A DNA stretch of 64,000 nucleotides from a virus. Positions 9,627-19,500 of the stretch are shown piece after piece (positions within the stretch are counted from its first letter, which is position 1; every line of letters starts with the position of its first letter). Made by a program: the position numbers and the translations under genes. The notes under the pieces are model-generated. The model worked only from the letters and a program-made list of their open reading frames with translations. It made no database searches and was not told where the DNA came from. The DNA lies in IMG/VR virus record IMGVR_UViG_3300030103_003268, positions 30,477 to 94,476 of that record. One strand, written 5' to 3'.

Positions 9627-9997
9627 TGAAAGATTTAATTGAAAAGAAAGTGCTTGGAAGAAATTGGACATTCAATGAGATTTCTAATCTCAATGATACA
9701 GTAGCCAATCTATCGCAAGATATTTATTCAGAAATGTCTATTATTGAGAAATTTAAATTGGTTCAGGACTTAAGAATCAAAGACGATTATGTAGGAGCAT
9801 ATTTTGAAGATGTGCTTAAATTAACAGTAATGACAGTCTTAAATGGCGAAATTGCTATGACAATCAAACAACTGCTCAATGGAGCAACAATTAATTTTGG
9901 AGGTAATACAAATGAAATTTCCGAGGGAAGTATGGGCGGGAAGCCACATCAAGAACGCCCCACAAATGAAAAGAAAAGTCGTCTTAGCGAGGAATGA
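9626..9997 (+). CDS. Hypothetical protein
   Basis: ATG overlaps upstream stop (MKDLIEKKVL...). Confidence 0.6.
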   Translation: MKDLIEKKVLGRNWTFNEISNLNDTVANLSQDIYSEMSIIEKFKLVQDLRIKDDYVGAYFEDVLKLTVMTVLNGEIAMTIKQLLNGATINFGGNTNEISEGSMGGKPHQERPTNEKKSRLSEE

Positions 9998-10952
9998 CTA
10001 TGCTAACTTTATTAATGCTCAAAATAACAGGACGAATGTATATACTACGGTCTATGATTTCCAGCATTTTTCGGAGAAAGCAAAGGTAGAATCCTCAGTA
10101 ATTATTGATAGAATCTTTCTTGATTTTGATGCACATGAAGATGAATTAGATTTGGCTTGGAGGGATGTTAAAGTGGTAATGCAATTAGTCCATCAAAAAG
10201 ATTATCTACATACGCTTTTCTTTTCAGGTCGTGGTTTTCATCTATTTTTGTTTGGTAAAAAAACAAATAATATGAGAAATGTGCAAACTCTTTTCCGGGA
10301 AATTAAAGCCTATTTATCATCAAAAGTTGGTAGCAAAAATAGCCTTGATGATAGAGTAGGACAAACAACGAGATTACGCCGTATTCCAAATACTGTGAAT
10401 ATGTCATCTTCAGATGAAAATGGTAATCCTTATTATTGCATACCCCTGACACGATTTGACCTTATGTGTGAAGTTGAAGATATTCTTGAAATTGCTAAAG
10501 AGCCACGCCTTATCCCCTTCCAAAAGGGCGGAAAAAATGAGGTCGTGTTTCCCGATGCACCCCCCATTGAGGCGGTAGAAGGCGAAGTATCGGTTCCCGA
10601 TACAGTAGGAAAACTCCCAATGTTGCCTTGTTTGCATAATGCAGTAATGACGGAGAATCCCTCGCATATGGCGAGAGCATACCTTGTTTCTTGGTATCGT
10701 GATTTGCTTTCGGGCTATCGTGATTTGTCTTCAGGACAAGAGAAAATGAAAGTGCTTGACTTAACTGTTGAAGAACTTGAAAGAGTTTTTGCTGATTCTG
10801 ATTCAGTATGGCTTGATTGGGATAAAAATGAAACGAGAAAACATGCAAGATTTACAGTATTCAATAACTACAATACGCCACATTGTGATAAATTAATCAG
10901 CGAAGGATTTTGTGTAGGTAAATGTTGGAGGTATTCAAATGCTAGTAATTGA
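9912..10952 (+). CDS. priS: Archaeo-eukaryotic primase, catalytic domain fused to PriL-like Fe-S C-terminal domain
   Basis: FLDFD, FSGRGFHLF, RLRRIPNT; LPCL...HMAR...CDKL...CVGKC; GGAGGT RBS before ATG 9912. Confidence 0.88.
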   Translation: MKFPREVWAGSHIKNAPQMKRKVVLARNDYANFINAQNNRTNVYTTVYDFQHFSEKAKVESSVIIDRIFLDFDAHEDELDLAWRDVKVVMQLVHQKDYLHTLFFSGRGFHLFLFGKKTNNMRNVQTLFREIKAYLSSKVGSKNSLDDRVGQTTRLRRIPNTVNMSSSDENGNPYYCIPLTRFDLMCEVEDILEIAKEPRLIPFQKGGKNEVVFPDAPPIEAVEGEVSVPDTVGKLPMLPCLHNAVMTENPSHMARAYLVSWYRDLLSGYRDLSSGQEKMKVLDLTVEELERVFADSDSVWLDWDKNETRKHARFTVFNNYNTPHCDKLISEGFCVGKCWRYSNASN

Positions 10953-11628
10953 TTCAAGAGAGAAGTCCAAATTGGCTAAACTAGTTATGCAAAAAGCAAA
11001 GGGCTTAAATATACAATACGAACAGCGTTGGATTGAGATAGGCGACTATATCTACGATGATGTTTGTTTTGAAGCAAAATCAACAACCGACTTTTTAGGT
11101 TCAGTAATGACAAAAAGATTATGGACTCAAATTGATAATATGGATAGGCACTATAAAACAAATGTAGTGATTATTCATGGTAGTCTTGATGAAGCAATTA
11201 TTAATGTAGTTGAAAACTCGGAAAGCAAAATGCCCATCGGAACAAGAAGCATCATGCTCAATAATAAATTTCTCGGTGCAATTGGTAGGCTAATTCTTGA
11301 TACAGATGTAAAACCAGTATGGGTTGAAACAGAAGAAGAGGCGGCTTTGATTATTACAGCAGTATGCAAAATGAAACCAATGACAAGAGATGTGATTGCA
11401 CCTCAAGTATTTAAAAGATTAACTACTGATGATTTGCGGCTAGATTTATTGTCTAGTATTAAAGGAGTATCAATTAAGAAGGCAAAAGAACTAATAAAAC
11501 AATTTGGTTCTATTATGGAAATAGGTGAGTGTTCGGAATATGAACTACAAGCCATTGAAGGAATCGGAGAAACCTTAGCCAAAAGAATACTCTCCACATT
11601 AAACTCAGAAGAGAAGGTGAAAATATGA
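10939..11628 (+). CDS. XPF/ERCC4-family structure-specific nuclease with HhH
   Basis: IDSRE, GDY, EAKSTTDF; IKGVS/IEGIG HhH motifs. Confidence 0.9.
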   Translation: MLVIDSREKSKLAKLVMQKAKGLNIQYEQRWIEIGDYIYDDVCFEAKSTTDFLGSVMTKRLWTQIDNMDRHYKTNVVIIHGSLDEAIINVVENSESKMPIGTRSIMLNNKFLGAIGRLILDTDVKPVWVETEEEAALIITAVCKMKPMTRDVIAPQVFKRLTTDDLRLDLLSSIKGVSIKKAKELIKQFGSIMEIGECSEYELQAIEGIGETLAKRILSTLNSEEKVKI

Positions 11629-13088
11629 ATGAAGAATATAATGAAGAAGAATACATGGAAATATTTGAAACAAACGCAGGTGTTTTCAGCGAAGCCTTGC
11701 CTAAAGTCGTTAGAGACTTTCAATCATCAGCAGTTGAAGTATCACACTACAATGATATTCCTGCTGGTATTAGTTTCTTTAATATCCTTGGCCAAGTAGT
11801 GAAAGATTTTATCACAATTCCTAATGGAAGAAACCATGAAGATACCCGAATCCACTTTTGTTGGGTTCAAACAAGCGGAACTGGCAAATCTACTATGTGG
11901 AACTTTGTTGGGCCAGTGGCAGAAAAAACATTTGCGATGATTAATTCTGCAAACAATCATCCTCCTTTTGTTCGTAATAATCTACCAATGAATCGTATTT
12001 TCAATACATTCGGTGTGACTGATTATACAGATTCAGTTCTTATTGGCGGATATGATAAAGAAGTAGATGATGATGGCGAAATTGAATATCAAAGAAGGCC
12101 AGGAGTTTTAGAAGGAAATGGTCTTGCTCATTGGGATGAATTTGAATATTCAGGTATCTTTAAGCAAAGCCAGCATAAAGAAAACTCAATTGTTTATCTC
12201 AATACTTTGATGAACTCATTAGCGGGCGAATCTTGGATTATTTCTAAGGCTTTGACTTCTTTTGGTGGCATGATTATGGAATGTTTTTGTGAGCGTTCAG
12301 TATTGGCTATGACTTATCCACCTAGTAATCTTAATGATGTAATGGCTGAAAAGGGTGTTCTTCAAAGAATGCTTTTGTATGTTTGGGAAGTTCCTGAGTT
12401 TATTCAACACAAGATGCGTCTTGAACAAATTGAGAAAGCAGGAACCGTTGAAGAAGTTAATCAACCAATTGATAAATATGCGAATGCTTTGTATAAGATT
12501 TATGAATTAACCCGTGAAAGATTCAATCAAGTCGGTGGCGACCCACTTAAAACTATGAAATATACTCAAGACTTTAATCAAGTTCTAAGACTTGAATACG
12601 AAAGTATGCGTATGTATCTTCAAAACACCCGACCCGATGTTGCTAAAATTGCGGGTAATTTTACCACCCGTTTGATGAAGATTCTGTATAAAATGTCTGT
12701 TCTTTGTAGTGTTGCATCTGCTCCTTCAATTAAAGATAAAGACCAACAATTCATTGTTACTGGGCATAATGTCCGTCAAGCAGCAACAATTGTCCGACAG
12801 TGTTATATGACATTGGTTGATTGGCTAGAGCGAAGCCTACGAGCGAAGCGCAAGAGCATAGCCGAAAACTCGCTTGAATCAGTCTTTATGGATATTTATA
12901 ACAAAATGAAGAAAGATGACGATGGTTTCGTCAATAAGACTACTCTCTTAACAGAAGTCCGAACAAAGGCTAAAAAATCAAGAGCGCAAGTGTATAGACA
13001 CTTTGATGTTATTAGACACAAGTTTGAAGAACAAAAAGGGCCAAGCAATAGGACTTACATTAAGTTGATAAGGAGTGATGAAGAATGA
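11625..13088 (+). CDS. MCM-like AAA+ replicative helicase
   Basis: Walker A QTSGTGKS, PGVL...LAHWDEF Walker B, LQRM arginine finger-like, C-terminal wHTH. Confidence 0.7.
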   Translation: MNEEYNEEEYMEIFETNAGVFSEALPKVVRDFQSSAVEVSHYNDIPAGISFFNILGQVVKDFITIPNGRNHEDTRIHFCWVQTSGTGKSTMWNFVGPVAEKTFAMINSANNHPPFVRNNLPMNRIFNTFGVTDYTDSVLIGGYDKEVDDDGEIEYQRRPGVLEGNGLAHWDEFEYSGIFKQSQHKENSIVYLNTLMNSLAGESWIISKALTSFGGMIMECFCERSVLAMTYPPSNLNDVMAEKGVLQRMLLYVWEVPEFIQHKMRLEQIEKAGTVEEVNQPIDKYANALYKIYELTRERFNQVGGDPLKTMKYTQDFNQVLRLEYESMRMYLQNTRPDVAKIAGNFTTRLMKILYKMSVLCSVASAPSIKDKDQQFIVTGHNVRQAATIVRQCYMTLVDWLERSLRAKRKSIAENSLESVFMDIYNKMKKDDDGFVNKTTLLTEVRTKAKKSRAQVYRHFDVIRHKFEEQKGPSNRTYIKLIRSDEE

Positions 13089-13312
13089 AGTGGGAAAACA
13101 CATACCTAGTGTTTCAAGTTGAAAAGGGGCCAAAAGTGATTATTGATACTCTAAACACTTATGGCGACGATGGATGGGAATGTTGTTCGCAACTAATTGT
13201 TGCGAATAAGCAAATCGTGTGCTTTTTAAAGCGACGAACCGATACTGACGAGGAACCAAAGGTGAACAAGGAAGAAGAAAAGATTAGCAAACTTTGGTCT
13301 AACGGTGAATGA
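13085..13312 (+). CDS. DUF4177-like small protein
   Basis: MKWE...LNTYGDDGWE...FLKR pattern. Confidence 0.65.
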   Translation: MKWENTYLVFQVEKGPKVIIDTLNTYGDDGWECCSQLIVANKQIVCFLKRRTDTDEEPKVNKEEEKISKLWSNGE

Positions 13313-13907
13313 TATGTCTGTATTGGCTATTGATTTGGAAACCAAAAATATGTCGTATGACATTGGTGGTTTCGGTAATACGCATATGTTTCAAGTTTCA
13401 ACCGTAGCAACATGGGATGGAAATAATGGAACGGTTTATGTTGATGAACCTGTTGAATCGTTTGCTAAGTCGGGCCATACCGTAAAGTCCCTATCCGAAC
13501 TTAAATATGATTTAGATAATCATTTTCAAAAGGGAGGACTATTGTTAGGGCACAATATTAAAGGGTTTGATTTGCCTGTTCTTAGAGATGCGATGGATAT
13601 TTATTGCATTAATAAGTATATCAAAGAAGAGCAATTTATTGATACTTCAAGAATCCTGTTAAAAGAACACGGTGAAAGATTTCAACTAAAAAATCTAGTT
13701 AAATGCACCATGAATGATGCTAAATTAATGGAAAGTGCTGATGCACCTAAATTATGGAAGATGGGTCAATATGATGATGTAGTTGAGTATTGTATGAAAG
13801 ATACTCAATTAGTCTATGACCTTTGGAAATACGGACAAGATAACGGTATTGTTAAAGCCTTTTCCTTAGAAAAGGGAGAACATAAAGAATTAGAGGTGAT
13901 GTGGTAA
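13305..13907 (+). CDS. DEDD/RNase H-like 3'-5' exonuclease
   Basis: AIDLET, GHNIKGFD, YCMKD. Confidence 0.85.
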   Translation: MNDMSVLAIDLETKNMSYDIGGFGNTHMFQVSTVATWDGNNGTVYVDEPVESFAKSGHTVKSLSELKYDLDNHFQKGGLLLGHNIKGFDLPVLRDAMDIYCINKYIKEEQFIDTSRILLKEHGERFQLKNLVKCTMNDAKLMESADAPKLWKMGQYDDVVEYCMKDTQLVYDLWKYGQDNGIVKAFSLEKGEHKELEVMW

Positions 13908-14053
13908 TGACGACATGGGAATGGATTGGTTTATTCTTTTTCATCAGCGTTTTAATGCTTCTATTCTTTGCCGCTTTCGGTGGAACAAATATCACCGATG
14001 AAAGCGTTGAAGAATACATGAAGCGGCTGATGGGCGAAGATAGCCAAAAGTGA
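13907..14053 (+). CDS. Small membrane protein (48 aa), not in ORF track
   Basis: MTTWEWIGLFFFISVLMLLFFAAFGG...; GAGGTGA RBS. Confidence 0.65.
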   Translation: MTTWEWIGLFFFISVLMLLFFAAFGGTNITDESVEEYMKRLMGEDSQK

Positions 14054-14057
14054 TGAT

Positions 14058-14201
14058 ATGGGATTGAAGCAAGAATGTTTCTACTGTAAAGAAAAAACAG
14101 TAGCAAGACGATTACTTGGCTTTTATGTCGGTTCTACTGAACAGACAAAGTTATGGGAATGCCGAGCCTGTAATGCCATTTGGTCGGAAAAAACAAATTG
14201 A
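14058..14201 (+). CDS. Small zinc-ribbon protein (47 aa), not in ORF track
   Basis: CFYC...WECRACNAIW. Confidence 0.65.
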   Translation: MGLKQECFYCKEKTVARRLLGFYVGSTEQTKLWECRACNAIWSEKTN

Positions 14202-14232
14202 GGGGGAGCGTATGCTCCCTCTCTTTTTTTTT
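14200..14232 (+). terminator. Hairpin plus T-run terminator at the convergence of the two arms
   Basis: gagggggagc-gtat-gctccctctc followed by nine T. Confidence 0.75.
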
Positions 14233-14273
14233 GGTTTTTCAACTTTTGTGAATTTTTTAAAAATTCATTAATC

Positions 14274-14378
14274 CTATTTTTTGTTCGTCCAAATGACGAG
14301 GTTTTGCTCTGGTTCAATTGCGAACCAAGTTATAACAAACCCAAATACAAAACTTAGTAGAAATAAATAAAATATCAT
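14274..14378 (-). CDS. Small membrane protein (34 aa), last gene of the late arm
   Basis: MIFYLFLLSFVFGFVITWFAIEPEQ...; ATGA overlap with fibre stop. Confidence 0.5.
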   Translation of the reverse strand: MIFYLFLLSFVFGFVITWFAIEPEQNLVIWTNKK

Positions 14379-16240
14379 GAAATTAACCCAGTAGTTGTTA
14401 AAGCCGTAATTAATGCATCTAACTTAGTTCTAAGATTAGTAATTTCTTGTTCTACATTAGCCAAATAAAGCCCTTGGTCTGAGGTAAATAACCCTGTTGC
14501 CGTAGGGTCTACGAAACCAGCCCCCGCAGTAGGATTAATAGCATTACCTCCTAAAGCACCAACAGATTGCCGAGTAGCGGGAGAAATACCATAAAAACCT
14601 ACATTGGAACCATCATGATTTAAACTACCATCTATTTCAATGTCTCCACCTGAACGAATACTTCCAACAACTAATCTTCCTTGAATATGTCTTCCATTAC
14701 CCGTTATTCCGGTAATGTCGGTTGTAGAAACAATGTTAAAGGCAGAATAATTATTACTGCTACCTACTCCTAGATTATCATGTGCTGTATTGTCTGCATC
14801 TGCCACAGCATCATTTAAAACCCAACCATCCTCTTGAAAGTTATTTTTAAGAAAAACCTCAATATTGTTTGTTGCATTTGCTATTTGTATTTGCAGAACT
14901 GCCCCATCATAAGTAGAGCCTTCTTTGATTCTTACTGCGCTAATACCTACCGTAGAGAAATGACTGGCATGTTCAACACTTATTCCATTTCCATTCCCCG
15001 CACCAAACAAATGACTGGCTGTTAAAATAATACTTTGATGTCTTGAAGAATCGGTATTTCTAATAAAAAATGTTCCTATTCCCCTTTGTTGTTGATTTGC
15101 TGATGAGCCATTACCTGCTCCATTCCACCCATCAATGTGAGCAATAGTGTGATAGCCAGTTGCTATATCGTCTGATAAATCTTGAAATTGGTTATACTGA
15201 ACCCCATCAATTTGTATATCGCCACTAGCCCTAATATTACCAGAAACAGTCAATTTTTCTGAAGGAGCATTTGTGCCAATACCCACATTTCCTGCATCAT
15301 CAATTCTCATTCTTTCTGCTATTCCTGCATTTGCGTTATTAGTTGAAAATACTAAACTTCCATCATTAACTCCATCTGCCTCATTAACTGCGCTAATTCT
15401 TGCACCGACATAAGAAGTAGGGCCGTTAGAATCATAATTTTCTAAATCAATTCTAGCGTAATCAGTTCCCGCTGCGTTTCTTGCCCCTTCTATGCTTAGC
15501 GTTCTTGTTTGTCCCGAATCAACACTTCTTGAAATTGCTGTATCACCTTTCACTTCTAATTTGGCTGTGGGTGCTGTTGCCCCAATACCTACTCTTGAAG
15601 ATGAACCATCTACTCTCATTACTTCTGTTGATGCTCCGCCATCATTTGCTTTAAAAATAATATCCTTATCTTGCTCTAAAGCCTCAATTTCAATATCTCC
15701 AGCGTTGCTTTGAATTGTTAAACCCTCAGTATAGCCAGAATTGTCTCTACCAATGCTTAAACTGTTTTCAGTTTTATTAACAGTAAGATATTGAATACCT
15801 ACATTCGCAGTTCCGTTATGGGTAATAACCGCAATAATAGTGTCTCCTGCCGTATATTCAGGAACTTTATCAGCCGCAGTAGGGTTTCTTAAAACAACCG
15901 TTGATGTATCGGGAGTTGAGCCATTACTATCTTCATCACTTTCAATTGGGGCAACTAGTAAATGATAACCATTTGTATGTGTTGAACTTAAGGTCAAATT
16001 ATTAGCCCCAAGAACAGATAACTTTCTACCATCACGAAAAACAACTCCTGCGCTTACATCAATTTGTGTTGCGCTATCAACAGTAATGTTAAAACCACTA
16101 ATTGCATAGTTTTGACCTAAACCATGTGATAGTGCTTTAACTATCCCAGTATGGGGAAAATCTACACCATCTTCAATTTGATTTGGTGTTCCATGTGTGC
16201 TTTGTCCATAAAAGTTCGGATTATTTACCATATTACTCAA
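14375..16240 (-). CDS. Tail fibre / receptor-binding protein
   Basis: Repeated (E/R)MRIDxxGxVGIGxxAPxxKLxVxG motifs; Gly/Asn/Ser-rich; end of tail module. Confidence 0.75.
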   Translation of the reverse strand: MSNMVNNPNFYGQSTHGTPNQIEDGVDFPHTGIVKALSHGLGQNYAISGFNITVDSATQIDVSAGVVFRDGRKLSVLGANNLTLSSTHTNGYHLLVAPIESDEDSNGSTPDTSTVVLRNPTAADKVPEYTAGDTIIAVITHNGTANVGIQYLTVNKTENSLSIGRDNSGYTEGLTIQSNAGDIEIEALEQDKDIIFKANDGGASTEVMRVDGSSSRVGIGATAPTAKLEVKGDTAISRSVDSGQTRTLSIEGARNAAGTDYARIDLENYDSNGPTSYVGARISAVNEADGVNDGSLVFSTNNANAGIAERMRIDDAGNVGIGTNAPSEKLTVSGNIRASGDIQIDGVQYNQFQDLSDDIATGYHTIAHIDGWNGAGNGSSANQQQRGIGTFFIRNTDSSRHQSIILTASHLFGAGNGNGISVEHASHFSTVGISAVRIKEGSTYDGAVLQIQIANATNNIEVFLKNNFQEDGWVLNDAVADADNTAHDNLGVGSSNNYSAFNIVSTTDITGITGNGRHIQGRLVVGSIRSGGDIEIDGSLNHDGSNVGFYGISPATRQSVGALGGNAINPTAGAGFVDPTATGLFTSDQGLYLANVEQEITNLRTKLDALITALTTTGLIS

Positions 16241-16595
16241 CCTCCAACAATATAAACAGTTCTAATGTTTCTGTTGTGGAAAATGGGCCAACTCCTTGAA
16301 AGTTGGTTCTATATACCATTTTTTTATCATTTGGGGCAGGATTACCTGTGTTTCTAAAAAGACCAACTTCACGAATAACTTGTCCTTGAATATTCTGCCC
16401 ATCTACTGACACTTTAACTTCAATAACATTTAATGTGGAATTTGTAATTGTTAATGTTGTAGAGGCGGATAAAGGAACATCTAAATCGGTAGCAGTTGGA
16501 CTAGTAGCATTTCCCCCAAGTCCAATTTTTGCGGTATCAAAGAGGTTATCTTTAATATGTGTGGCAATCAATGTTTTTAATTCATCTGTAATCAT
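16233..16595 (-). CDS. Tail/baseplate protein (fibre-collar-like)
   Basis: IGLGG...TDLDVPL...IREVGLF pattern. Confidence 0.55.
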   Translation of the reverse strand: MITDELKTLIATHIKDNLFDTAKIGLGGNATSPTATDLDVPLSASTTLTITNSTLNVIEVKVSVDGQNIQGQVIREVGLFRNTGNPAPNDKKMVYRTNFQGVGPFSTTETLELFILLEVE

Positions 16596-19500
16596 GCTAA
16601 ATCTTCCTCCACTAAATCAGTAATTGTGATTGCTCCACCTGTAAATCCTAAAGCAGTAGTAAATCCTAACGCTGCTCCAAAGCCGAGAGTCCGACCTGCG
16701 CCTCCCGCACTTCTCTTCCGAACCAACAATTTAAGTTCTTTGGTGTCCACAGTATCAAGGAAATTAAAAGAGACTTCTTGCGTGTTTAAGTCGTTGCTTC
16801 TCAATGCTGCTTTTGTTTCTTTACTTGAAATCAGCAGTTCAGAGAAAACATCGGAAAGGTCTTTACTGTATCGGCCAAGTTGTAGTTTGATAAAGCCTGT
16901 TAATTGGTGTTCCATTTCCAATACAATAAATTCATTCATTTCAATGTTCTCTCTTGGGATAAACACATTTACAATATCACCGACTCGCAGTTGGCTTATT
17001 CCTTTGTTTTGCATAGTAAAGGATAATTTTTGATTAAGACGAGAATGAATCTGTAAAAGGTTAGTAGCCTTTTTATCTACTTCTTCTTGAGTTAGTAAAG
17101 TGTTATCTACCACTTCTAATGTCTTTCGCCCTCTTTTTTGTATTGAGCGCAAGTCTTTGCGAATGGCTTTATGTGCATTTCCATATACATTAATTTCGTT
17201 AAAGAAATCAAAGAGAGTTGAAACTTTATCAAATTCAGAAATTAAAAATTCTCCACTATCATCAATGGTGATATTCGTTCTTAAAGAATTTTCGCTTTCA
17301 GGGAAAATCTTAAACACATTGTTTTCCTCAACAAGTTTCATATTCTTTCTATCAAGAATATATCGTATTGCAGAATATAAATCTACACCTTGATAGTTGG
17401 GTGCTAAATACATCGGTGTGTCCGTTGAAGTAGTTGTAAATTCAATTCCTTCTTGCTCAAGTAATTCGTTGATAAGGTCTTCACCTTCAAGACCAATACT
17501 TACTGTTGAACCAATACAGGCTCTTGTTGGGTCAATTTTTAATTGCTCATTTGATGAAGCAGTAAAGGTTTCCGAAACAGAAACAACTCCTTTAGCATTA
17601 AACATTTCATTTAAAACTATGGAATGTAATGTGCTTCTTATTGTTTTTGAAGAAGTTTGTATTCTTTTGGAATTTTTTCCATCAGAATAATACAGAGAAT
17701 AATCTCCTGTTGGTAAAATATTAGTAAATTGCTCAGAGTCTTCAATTACAATTCCGTCATCTGTTGATTGTTTATCTAAATCAATGGCGACAAACATTGA
17801 AAGAACGCCTTCATCCCGATAAGAGTTATCTCCCGATTTATCATTTCCATCTTTATAGAAATAACTTTCTTTTTCGTCTATATACACTTCATTTTTATTT
17901 GCTTTTTTAGTGTATTCAGATTTTAATGTATTAAGGTGTAATTCTTTAGGCATGAAATCATAAAAGCAAGTTTCGTTAGGTTGAAGTATTCTATATGCTC
18001 CTGCGGCTAAAGCCCTATCTGTAATTAAGTGATGCTCGTCAATATCGCCATTATTGACTTCATGCGAGACTACATGAATCAATTGAGAAACTCTTACCTC
18101 TTGCATACTCTTTGCTAAATCTTTTGTTCCAGTTGAAACAGAAGTTCCGACAATATCTCGGCCCGCTTCAGGAACAAGATAACATCCCGTCAAATCAATA
18201 AACTTTAAGAAACAATTATGTTTATCACTAGTTGCTACATCAATAGCATTTTTGTGTAAATTGCCATTAGAAGAATTAATTGTTCCTGTCGTGAAATTGG
18301 CTGGAGTAGATGTTTGTAAAAATAATCTTGGCTTAAAGACCATCATCGCCCCATCAGCAGTATATGGTCTTGAGGTGGTGTATGAAGTGCTAGTATCGCC
18401 TACATATTCAAAGCCCTTAAAATGAGCATCGCTTTGTAGAATAAGGTGTTCATCAGCATTAACTGTTATTTCCCCGACTCCTTTCAAAATCTGAGTAGTA
18501 TTACCTTCTGCCAATTTAAATGCGCCCGCATCCTCAATTCCAAATCTATCTAAGACAACACCAATTAGACCATTATATGGCTTACCATGAATATTTGAAA
18601 AATAGTGTCCTAATGGTCTTATTGGAAATGTATCTGCACTAGAAGATAGTGTTGAATAGTTTCCAGATTCAAATGCAATAGGCAAAACAATTTCTGTATC
18701 TACTGGAATAGAAAGAACAGTTGCCCCTGAACCAGTATCATTTGCTACTGCGGCGGCATCTGCTGGATTAGAAACAGCAGTAGCATCGCTCCCATATCCG
18801 CTTGTTTCAGGAATAACGCAACATTTAAGTGGATGGAACTTAAATCTATCCAATTGATGAAAAGAATCTTTTTCATTTCTTCCTTTCAAAAATGTTCCTG
18901 TTAATCCAGTTATTACAATAGCCTTTGAAGCCGCAGAACCATTATTAGTCAATATTCCAGCAGAAGTAAGTGTGTGGGCAGTTCCAGTAGATGTTCCTGA
19001 TTTTGCTCCTATAAATTGTCCCTTTTCATCAAAAATATTAGTAGTATCATTAATTGTGACTGAGGTTGTAAAGTTAATGGTTGTTCCACTAATGCTAGCA
19101 ATATTTCCTATTACCGTAATTGAAGAACCTGTCAAACTTACAACGCTAGCAAGGCTTTCAGGAATTCTCTTAGGAATTTCTTTTTCAGGATTTACTGGAT
19201 TAAAAAGAAAATCTACACATAGTTCTGTAAGTCTCATCAATCCAAATCTCTTGAGTTTAGATAAATCAGTTTCGCTAGAAAATGACAGCGTTTGGAATTT
19301 TTCATCTTTTAATAATTGTCTTTTTCCAGACTCTAATGTAGAGTCTCCTACATTTTTATTATCAATTAAAAATAAATTATAGTTATTTAAAGTTTTAGAC
19401 ATACTTCCGCCTATTGAGTGCATTAAACTATCTTTTCTTAGACTACTATAAGGTAAAATATCACTATTTACATATAAAAATAACCTAGCGACTGATTCAT

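Noticed and set aside
13085-14053. MKWENTYL and MTTWEWIG starts as members of the W-tag family
   Set aside because: They lack the ILK part, lie in the replication arm, and are explained by a DUF4177-like motif and a TM helix.
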